From a virus: a stretch of 64,000 nucleotides of DNA. Positions 25,688 through 36,236 of this stretch are shown piece by piece. The stretch is from the IMG/VR virus record IMGVR_UViG_3300027832_000016, positions 3,802-67,801 of that record. The stretch is one strand, 5' to 3'. Below the pieces are notes generated by a model, which was given only the letters and a program-made list of their open reading frames with translations, did no database searches and was not told the origin of the DNA. How positions within the stretch are numbered: position 1 is the first letter of the stretch; every line of letters begins with the position of its first letter. The translations under genes were made by a program, and so were the position numbers.

Positions 25688-28462
25688 GTGGCAGCAACAG
25701 CAGAAAAAGCAATAAACCCAGATATCAAGGCAAAGTTTAAGGTTGATATTGTCCAACTAGACAAACTTGCTAAGGGCGTATCTGGAATTAGAAAAGACTT
25801 TGAGTGGCTGAACACTAACTTAAAGTCAATCAATGCTGAACTGAACAAGACCCTCACCAATCTCCAGCAAATGGAGGGGCTAGGCCCTAATGGTATGGGG
25901 AGCGCGAAGGCAAGTGCTGGAGCAGTTAAATTGCCCCTAACCCAGACAGCAACGAGTGCTGCTCAGAATGCCATTGCCTCAGGTAACACATCTACCCAAA
26001 GCATATATAAAACTGTAAACATCATCAACAAAGGAATGGATGAGGATGTTGCCAATGGTGGAAGGGGGGGCAGGGAAGATGGCGTTGCTGCTAAGGGTGC
26101 CCGTGTGTGGCCGCGACTTATGGGCCAAGCGGTTGCGCTGGCTATCCAAACAATTGATAATCGTACAAACAGCGCCTACGGAAGGGTGTTATCTAACGAC
26201 AAACTGACCAATTACATGATGCAAACTCGTGGTCTAACTCAGATGCAGGCTATGGACTTAAGAACCCCAATAAGCAAGTCAAAACTTGGTGTGGATGGAA
26301 CTAGCACAATGCTTGCGCTACAACAAGCAACTGGTCTTAACGCAAACTTAAATGCTGGGGCAGTAGAGGGTATGAGGGCGCTTTCAGGGTGGTCACAGTC
26401 CACGGGGCAAATTGCTGGGATGATGCAATCTCTTTCTTCTGCCCAAGTAAACAACAGAATGACTATGACCTTAGGAACAGGGATGTATGGCCCTGGTGGG
26501 AAGCAGCGAGACATTGGTGAAGTTATCAGGAACATAACCAAGGGCTCTGGGTTAACCAACGAAAATGTGCTTAAAGGAGCACGACAGGCTGGGTCTGTCA
26601 CTAGGGCCAGACTTTCGTCAATGGGTGTCCCAGAGGACATGATAGACACCGTATTGGATTACGCGGAATCAAATGTCCAGTATCAAAAGAAGACTGGCAA
26701 AACGGATATGTACGACCCTTCAAAGAAGAAGGACCGCACGACTATGGGTATTGAAGATACCTTTGCGACCCAAGCGGAAGAGACAACCCGTGTAAAGGAA
26801 AGTAGGGAAGATAAATTCGCCCGTAGACAAGTAGATAACTATGCGGATCTTGAAGTGGCAACACAGAAGTTAACTCAGGCCATGGGAGGTTTAGAAGACT
26901 TCCTTAGTAGCGCTATTGGGCTCAGAACCAGCACCAAGAACACGTGGCAGAGCAAGGTACTTGGCTATGGTATGGCTGCGGTTGGAATGGGGATTACGGC
27001 GGGTACTCTTGGTGGCGGAGCGCCATTGGGTATGGGTCTTATCGCTGGTGGTCTTACCATTGCTAATACTGGTGACCCTGTACCCGGTGCGGTGGGGAAG
27101 AACCAAACTGGCGCAAAGGTTCCAATGGGGTATGCAAGACCCCCAGGGCGAGTAAGCCTTGGGGAACTTACAAACTCTGCAACATTCCGTCCATTGAATT
27201 CTAGGTTCAAAAACCAATTGTTGGCCATGATGCAGGAAAACCCAAACGTTGGTATTGGGCAGGGGCATCGTTCTGCATCAGAGCAAGCAACAATGTTTTT
27301 CTCGCGCTACAAAAAAGCAGGGCCTGGAGAGAAAGGAGAGGTGTCCTACAGAGGAGAAGAATACATACGACACTCAGGTGCACCTGCTATGCCCCCAGGA
27401 AAGTCTATGCACGAAATTGGCTTGGCTGCTGACTTAGTTGGGGACCTTGATTGGGTACAAGAGAATGCTGCGAGATTTGGGCTCAAAACATTTGGTGATG
27501 TAAACAATGAGCCATGGCACGTTCAACCTGCGGAACTACCAAATGGCCGCTGGGAGTACGAAAAGATTGGTGCTCCGTGGGGGCTTCCTGCTGGGGCAAA
27601 GGCTTACGAAGATAAACTAGATGCTAATGGCAACCCTGTTGGTGGGGGCGCTCTTGGGGACACATACCAAAGGGATATCAACACCTCGTCTGGGAGTGGT
27701 TCTACGGTAGGTAGGGGTCTTCAAACGTTTAATCAAATAGGGATAGGCGCTGGAATATCAGCAATTTTGGCAGAGAACCGCACACACATGGGCGGGGCTA
27801 CTGGGTCAACAGGGGGCAATGGCCTCAGTGTGTCCAGCACTAGCACTGGGCGGTCCACTCCTCAGTCAGCAGGAACTGGGGGCTCGATGAAGGCTATGGA
27901 CCCTATAGAACTTGCGGGGCTTATGCACAAGCGAGGCTTTAAGGGTAAAGACCTAGTGAACATGCTCGCCATCGCTGGACGTGAATCAAACTGGATTCCA
28001 GGTGTGTACAACGGCAAAGGTCCCGACAGGTCTTATGGCTTGTTCCAAATAAACATGTTGGGGAAGATGGGGGAGGCCAGGAGAGAGCGCTACAAAATAG
28101 CAACCAATGAAGAACTGTATGACCCCGCAACGAATGTTAAGGCGGCACGTCTTGAATTTGGTGGTGGAAATTATGTCCCGTGGAACAAACGTGGGAATCC
28201 GATGAATGATACGGAAGCGTGGTATCCAAAAGCCCAAGCAGCAGTTAAGGCGGGTGGGTTCTCTACGGGCGATCCAATCACCAATGCCCCCCAGCGTGGT
28301 GGAACAAACGTAACAGTTGCTGGAGGAAGCAGTGTTACTATTGCCCCTAACATCTACATGACATCCACAGGAAGTACCACTAATGATGCCCATGCAATCG
28401 CCCAACGAATTGCCCGAATTCTGGAAACAGATCTTAAAAGAGAAGTGTTGAGGACTACATAG
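25688..28462 (+). CDS. Tape measure protein with M15 peptidase and lytic transglycosylase domains
   Basis: Long helical Ala/Gly-rich body; SMHEIGLAAD/EPWH motifs; IAGRES...YGLFQIN. Confidence 0.88.
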   Translation: MAATAEKAINPDIKAKFKVDIVQLDKLAKGVSGIRKDFEWLNTNLKSINAELNKTLTNLQQMEGLGPNGMGSAKASAGAVKLPLTQTATSAAQNAIASGNTSTQSIYKTVNIINKGMDEDVANGGRGGREDGVAAKGARVWPRLMGQAVALAIQTIDNRTNSAYGRVLSNDKLTNYMMQTRGLTQMQAMDLRTPISKSKLGVDGTSTMLALQQATGLNANLNAGAVEGMRALSGWSQSTGQIAGMMQSLSSAQVNNRMTMTLGTGMYGPGGKQRDIGEVIRNITKGSGLTNENVLKGARQAGSVTRARLSSMGVPEDMIDTVLDYAESNVQYQKKTGKTDMYDPSKKKDRTTMGIEDTFATQAEETTRVKESREDKFARRQVDNYADLEVATQKLTQAMGGLEDFLSSAIGLRTSTKNTWQSKVLGYGMAAVGMGITAGTLGGGAPLGMGLIAGGLTIANTGDPVPGAVGKNQTGAKVPMGYARPPGRVSLGELTNSATFRPLNSRFKNQLLAMMQENPNVGIGQGHRSASEQATMFFSRYKKAGPGEKGEVSYRGEEYIRHSGAPAMPPGKSMHEIGLAADLVGDLDWVQENAARFGLKTFGDVNNEPWHVQPAELPNGRWEYEKIGAPWGLPAGAKAYEDKLDANGNPVGGGALGDTYQRDINTSSGSGSTVGRGLQTFNQIGIGAGISAILAENRTHMGGATGSTGGNGLSVSSTSTGRSTPQSAGTGGSMKAMDPIELAGLMHKRGFKGKDLVNMLAIAGRESNWIPGVYNGKGPDRSYGLFQINMLGKMGEARRERYKIATNEELYDPATNVKAARLEFGGGNYVPWNKRGNPMNDTEAWYPKAQAAVKAGGFSTGDPITNAPQRGGTNVTVAGGSSVTIAPNIYMTSTGSTTNDAHAIAQRIARILETDLKREVLRTT

Positions 28463-30384
28463 TGGTGCACCAAAAAAATAAACAAGGAAAACCCAAAAAG
28501 CACCTGGCCAAGCCCAAGGTAGAAAGCGCTCCGAAAACGTATGGTGGGGCAACATTCGTTCCCGCTCTTCTATCGGAGATGGAGTGGATTAAGGATGCGC
28601 AGAAGGCAGGAATGGTTAACCCTGACTTCATCTATCCTGGGCCTGCCTACACGATTGCTGCAAACGCAGATGCTGCGAAGCGTGGTTTACAGAAGGTAAC
28701 ACGGGGGTATATACGAAAACTAAATGAAGCCGTGTACCTAGGGGACTCTCTTGGAAAGAGTTATTGTAAGTTTCAGTTTAATCCAGACGTGATCCAACGT
28801 GGTGTACAGGCGCGAAATGATATTCAATATTGGTTTAACCAAGACGCTGCGCAAATGACCCAACCAATTCCTGGTGACGCAAGTTTTGGTTTTGTACTGC
28901 TATTTAATCGTGAGGCCGAAGTAAACAGTGGAAAGTATATTGGCGGTGTTGGTGGGACACTTAAAATAGGAAGTAATTGGTCCCCCCCAAAGACAGGCTT
29001 TGAAGAGGTTGCGGACGCTGCCAGCCGCCTGTCTCAAAGAGATGCGGTTAACACAGAGGCAGCAAGGTGGGCCGCGCTGGCGAAGGCTCATGCGAAGATG
29101 ACATCCGCAGCGGCTGGGAGTTCCTTTAACCCTGCGTGGGTTACTGATCTTGGGGTTCTGGTAGATCTTATGGTGCTGGATGACATAACTGGGCAAAGCA
29201 TTTCTGAGGCTTCGGTTAAGGCCATAATCGCACGGAATGAGAAAGCAACAGAAATACAGGTCGCTGACGCAGCCAAAGAAGCGTTGGAGAATACAACTGT
29301 TGAAGAGGACAAAAAAGATACTGCTAAATCAAAAGATTTCGTTACTGAGGAGTCCCTAAGTGCGAACGTCGGTAACACTGCCTTCTTGATCTCCCAGCCG
29401 GTTCGTGTGGTATTCACAGAGTGGTTTATGGTGGAGGGGTATATCTCTAGCATAAACGTAACCTTCAATAAGTTTTCAGCAGGCATGATCCCAACTCAGT
29501 GTGTGGTGGATATCCAGATGCAGGCTCTTTACATGGGCTTTGCCAAAAAAGATACATACCTTACTAAGATTGGCACCATAGTGAATGATAAACTGGCGAG
29601 TGGTACGTCAAGTAAACCAAGTACCATACAACAAACAACGGTTGTTGACCCTTCAATAAAACTAACGGAGACTATAAATAGACCTTTCCTACTAGCAAGT
29701 AACTTTTGGGGTTCAGCACTGCCATACCAAAAAGCCACCCTCCAAACCCCGTACTTCTCGGACAAGAAGTTTCTTTTGGGGAATATGTTGTTTTCTCGTA
29801 AGGCCGAGTTTGAGATAGAGATACTACTGCCCCTAAATGAGATTAGGCCGCTACTTCCAAGTGTTGATTCCTACAGGAATACTGGTGTAACTGGAGTATT
29901 AAACTTACAGTTGTACTGGCACAGCCATCAAAAGGATGCAACAAATAGGGTAGTGGGGAAGGATGATAAGGGAACAGGTGCTAGCGATCTTATACCATCA
30001 GTAGGTGGGGTGCTAACACTCTCACCAGTCCCAACAAACTTGACTGCTCCTGGTCTTTCAACACCATCGAAGGTGTGGGAAATCTTAGAACTTAAGACAG
30101 TCCCTGCCAACGGGTACTTTAGGTATACTGGGTCTTCGGACGCGGTGTGGTTGGTTTTTAAGGTAACACCAACGGAACGCTACGCCGATCTTGGGAATCT
30201 TAGACCCTTCTCTGACGAAAGGTTTACATTAAAAGGGGACTGTTCTCTCTCTCTTTCGTACAACACCACCAACCTCGATGAGACCATTAACCTGGGTAAG
30301 TGTGAGTTTAGTAAGGACTTCGCTCTTAGCCAGCAGGTTGTTATTAACAACATCATGTGGCAACCTGCGTTGAAGGGTAAATAA
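28462..30384 (+). CDS. Tube-initiator-like/baseplate protein with C-terminal extension
   Basis: FQFNP and PVRVVF...EGYISSINVTF motifs typical of contractile-tail tube initiators. Confidence 0.6.
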   Translation: MVHQKNKQGKPKKHLAKPKVESAPKTYGGATFVPALLSEMEWIKDAQKAGMVNPDFIYPGPAYTIAANADAAKRGLQKVTRGYIRKLNEAVYLGDSLGKSYCKFQFNPDVIQRGVQARNDIQYWFNQDAAQMTQPIPGDASFGFVLLFNREAEVNSGKYIGGVGGTLKIGSNWSPPKTGFEEVADAASRLSQRDAVNTEAARWAALAKAHAKMTSAAAGSSFNPAWVTDLGVLVDLMVLDDITGQSISEASVKAIIARNEKATEIQVADAAKEALENTTVEEDKKDTAKSKDFVTEESLSANVGNTAFLISQPVRVVFTEWFMVEGYISSINVTFNKFSAGMIPTQCVVDIQMQALYMGFAKKDTYLTKIGTIVNDKLASGTSSKPSTIQQTTVVDPSIKLTETINRPFLLASNFWGSALPYQKATLQTPYFSDKKFLLGNMLFSRKAEFEIEILLPLNEIRPLLPSVDSYRNTGVTGVLNLQLYWHSHQKDATNRVVGKDDKGTGASDLIPSVGGVLTLSPVPTNLTAPGLSTPSKVWEILELKTVPANGYFRYTGSSDAVWLVFKVTPTERYADLGNLRPFSDERFTLKGDCSLSLSYNTTNLDETINLGKCEFSKDFALSQQVVINNIMWQPALKGK

Positions 30385-30638
30385 TGCTACGACTACGAGT
30401 TACTTCCCGATACACCTACGGAGACTACGACGACAATGGAAACTTGTTGTCTGAGCGCAAAACTGCATATCTGGGTGCTTACCAGGCCTACACTGTTCGG
30501 GCTGGGGATACCCTTGATGGGCTTGCGCACCGCATGTACTCGGATGCAACTCAATACTGGAGAATCGTTGATCTAAACCCACAACTTAGATTTCCATTGG
30601 GGCTCGTCCCTGGGACAATTATTAGGTTGCCATTATGA
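30384..30638 (+). CDS. LysM/tail protein X-like baseplate protein
   Basis: YTVRAGDTLDGLA...W-I-DLNP...GTIIRLP. Confidence 0.85.
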   Translation: MLRLRVTSRYTYGDYDDNGNLLSERKTAYLGAYQAYTVRAGDTLDGLAHRMYSDATQYWRIVDLNPQLRFPLGLVPGTIIRLPL

Positions 30639-31795
30639 TATTTAGCGGAGCAACTAAATCTGCGCCAACTGTTAAGGTTGACATTACAGGTGGGGTTGTT
30701 GATGACTCTTCAATAGTTTCTGTTGAGGTTTCTCTGGCCGAAAACAAGCATGACATGGCAACAATTACCTACGCTGGTTTTCCGGGCCTCGCTGTTACTG
30801 ACTACAAGGGGCTACCAGTAAAGGTGTCCATCAGAAGTGACTCTGTTAACTTCTTGCACTTCTATGGGTATGTTTCCTATGTTGAAGTGGAGTCAAGAAC
30901 ACACGCTGGGATTGTTAACAAGTCGGCAATTCAACTTGCCAAGGTTGTATGTTTTGGCACCAGTTACCAGATGAAGGGGCTTAAAAGTGCTTCGTATAAG
31001 AACATAACTTTGCCAAAGTTACTAGCCTCTATTTCTAAAAAATACAACCTCTCGTACTCAGTCCCCAACAATAGACTTGTGTTTAAACTCCTTACTCAAA
31101 CCAACCAATCGGATTGGGAGTTTCTAGTTTCCGTATGTGACAGTATCGGGTATGCAATCACCGCTAGTGATGCTCACCTAACTGTGTATGACCCCTCTTC
31201 TTCGTACCACAGGGGAATTGCTTCCATTCCATTAAGCACCCTCTTGTCAGATAACGGGGCGGACGAGAAGCCTGGGAATGTTGTTGACTTTACTGGGTAC
31301 ATCGGGGATGTTACTCCGTATGGTTCGTCCGCAGGACAAACCCTTAAGGCGTTAGACATCAAGGGGAAACTACAATCCCACACGTCAACTACAACTTCTG
31401 GGCTTGGTAGGCCCTTCGGGCAACGCTTTATGGACGAAATAACTGTGAATGCTGCTACCAAAGAAGAACTAGTTAGCAAGACCGAGGGTTTCGCCCAAAA
31501 AGAATGGCCACTACGGGCGGATGTAACTGTTCTTGGAGTGGCCTCGGCTACCCCAGGACGGTTGGTTAACCTTAATAGGTATGATTCTGCATTTGATATG
31601 GACTGGGTTATTGCGGAAGCAACACACTTCGTAACGCTAAGTAGGTACTTAACCACGCTCAAACTTAAAACAGATTCATTAAACACATCCCCGAGAGTTG
31701 ATCGTGCGGGAAAGAGGTTTGTTGCCCCTCCAGTCCCAGTACTTAGTGCAGGCAATATATGGAGAAGTTCTGTGGATGTTGCAAATGTCTATTAA
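30635..31795 (+). CDS. Baseplate hub (gpD/late control D-like)
   Basis: QTNQSDWEFL motif, size and position. Confidence 0.8.
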   Translation: MIFSGATKSAPTVKVDITGGVVDDSSIVSVEVSLAENKHDMATITYAGFPGLAVTDYKGLPVKVSIRSDSVNFLHFYGYVSYVEVESRTHAGIVNKSAIQLAKVVCFGTSYQMKGLKSASYKNITLPKLLASISKKYNLSYSVPNNRLVFKLLTQTNQSDWEFLVSVCDSIGYAITASDAHLTVYDPSSSYHRGIASIPLSTLLSDNGADEKPGNVVDFTGYIGDVTPYGSSAGQTLKALDIKGKLQSHTSTTTSGLGRPFGQRFMDEITVNAATKEELVSKTEGFAQKEWPLRADVTVLGVASATPGRLVNLNRYDSAFDMDWVIAEATHFVTLSRYLTTLKLKTDSLNTSPRVDRAGKRFVAPPVPVLSAGNIWRSSVDVANVY

Positions 31796-32078
31796 CTCTT
31801 ACGGGGCTTTCAGGGCTGTTGTTTCCCGTGTGTCTTCGTCAACAGGAGAAATCGTTGTAAGGATGCCACCCTCTTTTGGTACAGATCTAACTGCTTCTAT
31901 TTCTAAGATAGGACGTACTTCTATAAATGGAGTGTGGCCAGTTCCCACAGTTGGAGAACAAGTACTGGTGGTGTCTGACGACGAGAACTTAACTAATGTG
32001 TTTATTGTTGATGTAAGCCCGTCATTAAACAAACTTAAAAACCTTGAAAACAGGGTATACGCATTGGAGCACCCATAA
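31785..32078 (+). CDS. Baseplate spike OB-fold (gpV-like)
   Basis: VPTVGEQVLV motif. Confidence 0.7.
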   Translation: MSINSYGAFRAVVSRVSSSTGEIVVRMPPSFGTDLTASISKIGRTSINGVWPVPTVGEQVLVVSDDENLTNVFIVDVSPSLNKLKNLENRVYALEHP

Positions 32079-32491
32079 TGGCTGTTTTAAAAGTACCGTT
32101 TCAGATAGATTACTCTGGCTCAGTTTCAAGGGTTACAAGTTTTGAAACAATGATTAACCAGCAAATCCTTGATTTTATTGTTACTTCTCCATTCGAGCGA
32201 ACTGTTATATCCAACTATGGCGCTGGGGTTGCTGGGATGCTCTTTGAGAATGAAGGCTCGTTACAGATGGCTGAGTGGCGAACCGCTGCCATGGCTAGGT
32301 TGAGTCAGGCTGTCCCTGGAGTACGAATTATAGAGTTATCAGTCGGCACACCCCCACAGATACAACAAGACCCAGAGACTGGGTCAACTATTCAAGTTAC
32401 TGTGTATTACTCAATCCCCTCGCAAGGAAATGACATCCAAACCTTTAGTACACTAGTCCCACGATTGATTACCGAGGAAACACTATTATGA
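32078..32491 (+). CDS. Baseplate wedge gp25/gpW-like
   Basis: PF...TSPFER...NYGAG...LFE motif. Confidence 0.8.
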   Translation: MAVLKVPFQIDYSGSVSRVTSFETMINQQILDFIVTSPFERTVISNYGAGVAGMLFENEGSLQMAEWRTAAMARLSQAVPGVRIIELSVGTPPQIQQDPETGSTIQVTVYYSIPSQGNDIQTFSTLVPRLITEETLL

Positions 32492-34302
32492 GCACCTTCA
32501 GTTACACCAACCGAGACTATGCTTCTATCAAAGAGGATCTACTTGCCCGTGCTGCGGTTATTTTCCCCGAATGGACATCACGAGAGAACTCGGACTTTGG
32601 GGTGCTACTGGTGGACCTTTGGGCGTATATGGGTGACACCCTGCACTACTACGTGGACCGCGCTGCTCGTGAGGCCTTTCTAAACACAGCCACACAACGC
32701 TCTTCGTTATTGGCCCTTGCTAACCTGCTGGACTATATTCCGTCTGGAATGTCCGCGTCCACTTCTAGTATCACCATCAACGCTTTGGAGTCTGGGGCTA
32801 CAGATGTAGACCCAATCCTTATTCCTGCTGGTACAAGGTTTACTGGGAAGTCCTTAATTGAGGACTCCGCAGATGTGATCTTTACTTCCAATCGTGCCAT
32901 AGCGTTTAATGGAACTGGTGCCGCTATTTCTGGATATACGGTCTACCAAATATCCCTTACTGAAGCAACCCCAGTGTTGTTTACCTTAACTCAGGGCGAA
33001 ATCTTTACTGAGGAGTTTGTCAGTGATGGTCAGCCTGGACAGGTATTCTCGTTAACGCGCATTGGGGTAGTTGGCTCCAGCGTGACTGCAAGTGTTTCAG
33101 AAGGAGTTTCAGGGGCTGCTGTCACGTACTCTCGTGTATCTAGATTGATTTCTTCTGGAGGTACCACCCCAGTGTTTGTAGTGAACACCTATTCAGACGG
33201 AGTAACCGCTGTCACCTTTGGTAACAATGTGTACGGGAAAATACCTTCAGTGAATGCGGTCATCTCTATTACCTACCGAAAGAGTTTGGGTTCTTTGGGG
33301 AACTTAGCACCCAACTCAATCAATGCTTTTGAGTCAGTAACCAACACTTTTGGCCCGTCCTACGATGGGCTAATAATCATCCCCAACGTCAATAGGGCTG
33401 CTGGTGGTGTAGACACTGAGTCCTTAGAGTCTCTGCGGATTAACGTTCCAGCATCCTTTAGGTCACAAGATAGGGCGGTGTCCTTAGCAGACTACAAAGA
33501 CCTGTTGCTTAGGGTGGCGAATATCACAAAGGCAACAGTCTCTGTAGTTGTTGGGTCTACTTCTAAGTCTGGGCTCATTGTGAATAAGGCGCTAACAACT
33601 AACGTGGCCACACTGACAACGTCCACCGCTCACGGGTTGACCGTTGGAGAGTCCATAGCGGTCTTTGATGTTGATGACACCTTCAATGGAACACATGTGG
33701 TTGTCGAAGTGCCTCTCACTACTACATTTACCTACGCCAAAACTGCCACCAATGTTACATCTGTCGCCGTTTCATCTGCCGCCCGTTTTAAAAATGCGCA
33801 AATAAAGTTGTTTCCAATGAGTACCCCAGATGTGTATGACGGAACCTTGCCAGTGGGGCCAACAACCAGCCCTCTGACACTCTCTGATGACACTAGGGCT
33901 AACGTGTATGACTACATCGTTCCACGAGAGATGGTTGGAATCAACTCTGTAGTAATCCCATCGGTTGTTTTAGAACTTGTAAAGGTTGAATGCACCATAA
34001 ATGTGCTTCCTACGTTTGTTCAGACGACGGTTACAGACGCCGTCAAGGCAGCGATAAAAGAACTGTTTGTGTTTGATTCTGTGTCCTTCAGCCAGGTGGT
34101 CACATTGGGAACACTTTACAGAACTATTATGGATGTTGATGGTGTTGACTACACCAATATCTCGAAATTTACAACAGCAACTTCCGGAGTTGACACGGTG
34201 GCGCTTTCCCCATCTGTTCAGGGCGTTGCCTCTGGGGAGGTATCACTGCTGCTAATCTCTGATGTTGTGGTTACAGCAACTTCTGGTATTACGGTTGCCT
34301 AA
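32488..34302 (+). CDS. Baseplate J-like wedge protein
   Basis: YTNRDYASI, AREAFLNTA, GG-D-ES, QDRAVSLADY motifs. Confidence 0.9.
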   Translation: MSTFSYTNRDYASIKEDLLARAAVIFPEWTSRENSDFGVLLVDLWAYMGDTLHYYVDRAAREAFLNTATQRSSLLALANLLDYIPSGMSASTSSITINALESGATDVDPILIPAGTRFTGKSLIEDSADVIFTSNRAIAFNGTGAAISGYTVYQISLTEATPVLFTLTQGEIFTEEFVSDGQPGQVFSLTRIGVVGSSVTASVSEGVSGAAVTYSRVSRLISSGGTTPVFVVNTYSDGVTAVTFGNNVYGKIPSVNAVISITYRKSLGSLGNLAPNSINAFESVTNTFGPSYDGLIIIPNVNRAAGGVDTESLESLRINVPASFRSQDRAVSLADYKDLLLRVANITKATVSVVVGSTSKSGLIVNKALTTNVATLTTSTAHGLTVGESIAVFDVDDTFNGTHVVVEVPLTTTFTYAKTATNVTSVAVSSAARFKNAQIKLFPMSTPDVYDGTLPVGPTTSPLTLSDDTRANVYDYIVPREMVGINSVVIPSVVLELVKVECTINVLPTFVQTTVTDAVKAAIKELFVFDSVSFSQVVTLGTLYRTIMDVDGVDYTNISKFTTATSGVDTVALSPSVQGVASGEVSLLLISDVVVTATSGITVA

Positions 34303-35942
34303 TGGCATTTACATCCTTTAGGATACGCCGCGCAGACCTTGTAGAGGCCCCAGACTTAAACCCATTTGGGTCATATGTTCGTGGTTCAGATACTGAGGCT
34401 CCGCCGGGGCAAACACGTCTTGTCTCAGACTCCGCCCTCCGTGCTGATGGGTTTATCATTGCAACAGACAAGTTCATCAGCGTAACCTTTACGGCCAAGG
34501 CGATAAGTTACTCAAGCGTGTTATTGGAGTGGACTCCATTTACTCTGAATAACCCAGTGTTAAACACTACAGGAGATACAACAATCACAGATGTTGTAAT
34601 TGTTTACTCAAAAACTGGCCCCCCAGAAACCGTAAGAAATGGTACTGTGGTTAAGACGCAACTGTGGTCAGACCCTTTGTATAGTGCCACACATATTAAT
34701 GCCCCCGAAGGCAGGTGGGCGTACTACTCCATGTTTTTGCACTACAACCAAAACGGAACGGGAGCGAGTGGCGTTAACTGGTACGAAAAGGTTGCTGAAC
34801 TCCAAGAGTTAGTTCCTAAAGACCTTGGATCTGTGGCACAACTGTGGGGCAGAATCCCTCAGTATTATCGAGTGGCAGACACCATTGGTCGAAATCTTGA
34901 CCCAGAAATTAAGAATCGTGGTCAGTTGGAGAGGTTCATCAACATATTTGGTTTTGAGTTAGATAGAACCAGAACTCTTATTGATTCTGTTATGTCCCAG
35001 TACGACCCAAACATCACCGACGCTAGTTCCATCGAGAACCTTTCAGAAATGTTTGGCTTGGAGATGACCCCACCTGAGATTGGCATATCCAAGTCCAGGC
35101 AAATTCTGCAAGACATTGGGTATTACCGCCAACGAAAAGGAACGCTGGCATCGGTTCAGCAGTACCTATCTGCGGTTACAAACACACAGGTAGACATTCT
35201 TGAGTCCCCTGTTTCCCCAAGGTACTCCTTTAGGGTTTACGCAGAGAGAGTAAACCTGGTTGTTGATTCTAAGTTCGTTATCACCTCCGGGACTAAAAAA
35301 TGGAAGGTAGAACAACAGGACGTAGACACAACTGTTGTAAACGCCGCTGGTGTTCTTACCATCTCTAACCCAACTGCTGCTGCTGTGCAGGTTGCGTTGG
35401 TATCTGATATTGCTGTTCCCGTACTCGCAGACATTGAGTACTGGTCATCTGTAAAGATGACTGGCGACGGCTCAGTGTACGGGGGGCAGTGGGCCGCAAG
35501 TGGGGACTGGTCTGACTGGGCAACAGACCCACAGGATGAGTTGTTGCTCACTGCGGAGATAGCACCTACCGATAGGGTTGTTATTAAAATGCCAGACCTA
35601 GCAACTACTGGGTCGAAATTCCCAGTTACTATATTTAGCATTGCGGCAGAATCAAGCATAACTCTCACAGAGTGGATGGTGGAACCCTACACTTCCGGAA
35701 CCTTTTGGAATGGTGACTCAGACTTTGGTGGATTTATCTACCAAAACTTCTTCGCAGACTACGCATGGAGTGGCTCTCCGTACGCATCCTATTCGCTCTA
35801 CTCCACAAGCAAGAAGAGAACACAAGATGCTGTGACTACCCTTCTCCCCAGAATACTTCCTGTTAGTATGCTTATTGACACCACTATTTTTGATATCAGT
35901 ACTGACTTGACATTTGATTGGATTCCTGGCAGGCTAAGTTAG
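34302..35942 (+). CDS. Baseplate/tail protein (P2 gpI-like) with C-terminal beta domain
   Basis: IPQYYR-x2-D, L-RF, YRQRKGT motifs following gpJ. Confidence 0.75.
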   Translation: MAFTSFRIRRADLVEAPDLNPFGSYVRGSDTEAPPGQTRLVSDSALRADGFIIATDKFISVTFTAKAISYSSVLLEWTPFTLNNPVLNTTGDTTITDVVIVYSKTGPPETVRNGTVVKTQLWSDPLYSATHINAPEGRWAYYSMFLHYNQNGTGASGVNWYEKVAELQELVPKDLGSVAQLWGRIPQYYRVADTIGRNLDPEIKNRGQLERFINIFGFELDRTRTLIDSVMSQYDPNITDASSIENLSEMFGLEMTPPEIGISKSRQILQDIGYYRQRKGTLASVQQYLSAVTNTQVDILESPVSPRYSFRVYAERVNLVVDSKFVITSGTKKWKVEQQDVDTTVVNAAGVLTISNPTAAAVQVALVSDIAVPVLADIEYWSSVKMTGDGSVYGGQWAASGDWSDWATDPQDELLLTAEIAPTDRVVIKMPDLATTGSKFPVTIFSIAAESSITLTEWMVEPYTSGTFWNGDSDFGGFIYQNFFADYAWSGSPYASYSLYSTSKKRTQDAVTTLLPRILPVSMLIDTTIFDISTDLTFDWIPGRLS

Positions 35943-35966
35943 TAGACACTGCAAAGTTTTAAGGAC

Positions 35967-36224
35967 ATGATGACCTACATAATTTGTGCACTAGCAGTTT
36001 ACAAAGTGATGCAATTGTTGGACGCGGTCACCCCGAGAGAGGCTATGCCGTGGGTAAAGGTATTGGCAGGGATTGTCTTATCTTACGCCGCCACCTTTAT
36101 TTTGCCCTTTGATGACCGTTGGCTTGCAGGGCTTGCGGTGTCTGCTTTGGCTGGGGGTTGCCATGCGGTACTAAGGTTGCTAACCTTGTTGGGAGATTGG
36201 GCGAATAAACGTTCACTAAAATAA
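35967..36224 (+). CDS. Small multi-TM membrane protein (holin candidate)
   Basis: Two to three hydrophobic helices. Confidence 0.65.
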   Translation: MMTYIICALAVYKVMQLLDAVTPREAMPWVKVLAGIVLSYAATFILPFDDRWLAGLAVSALAGGCHAVLRLLTLLGDWANKRSLK

Positions 36225-36236
36225 AAAGGAGACAAC

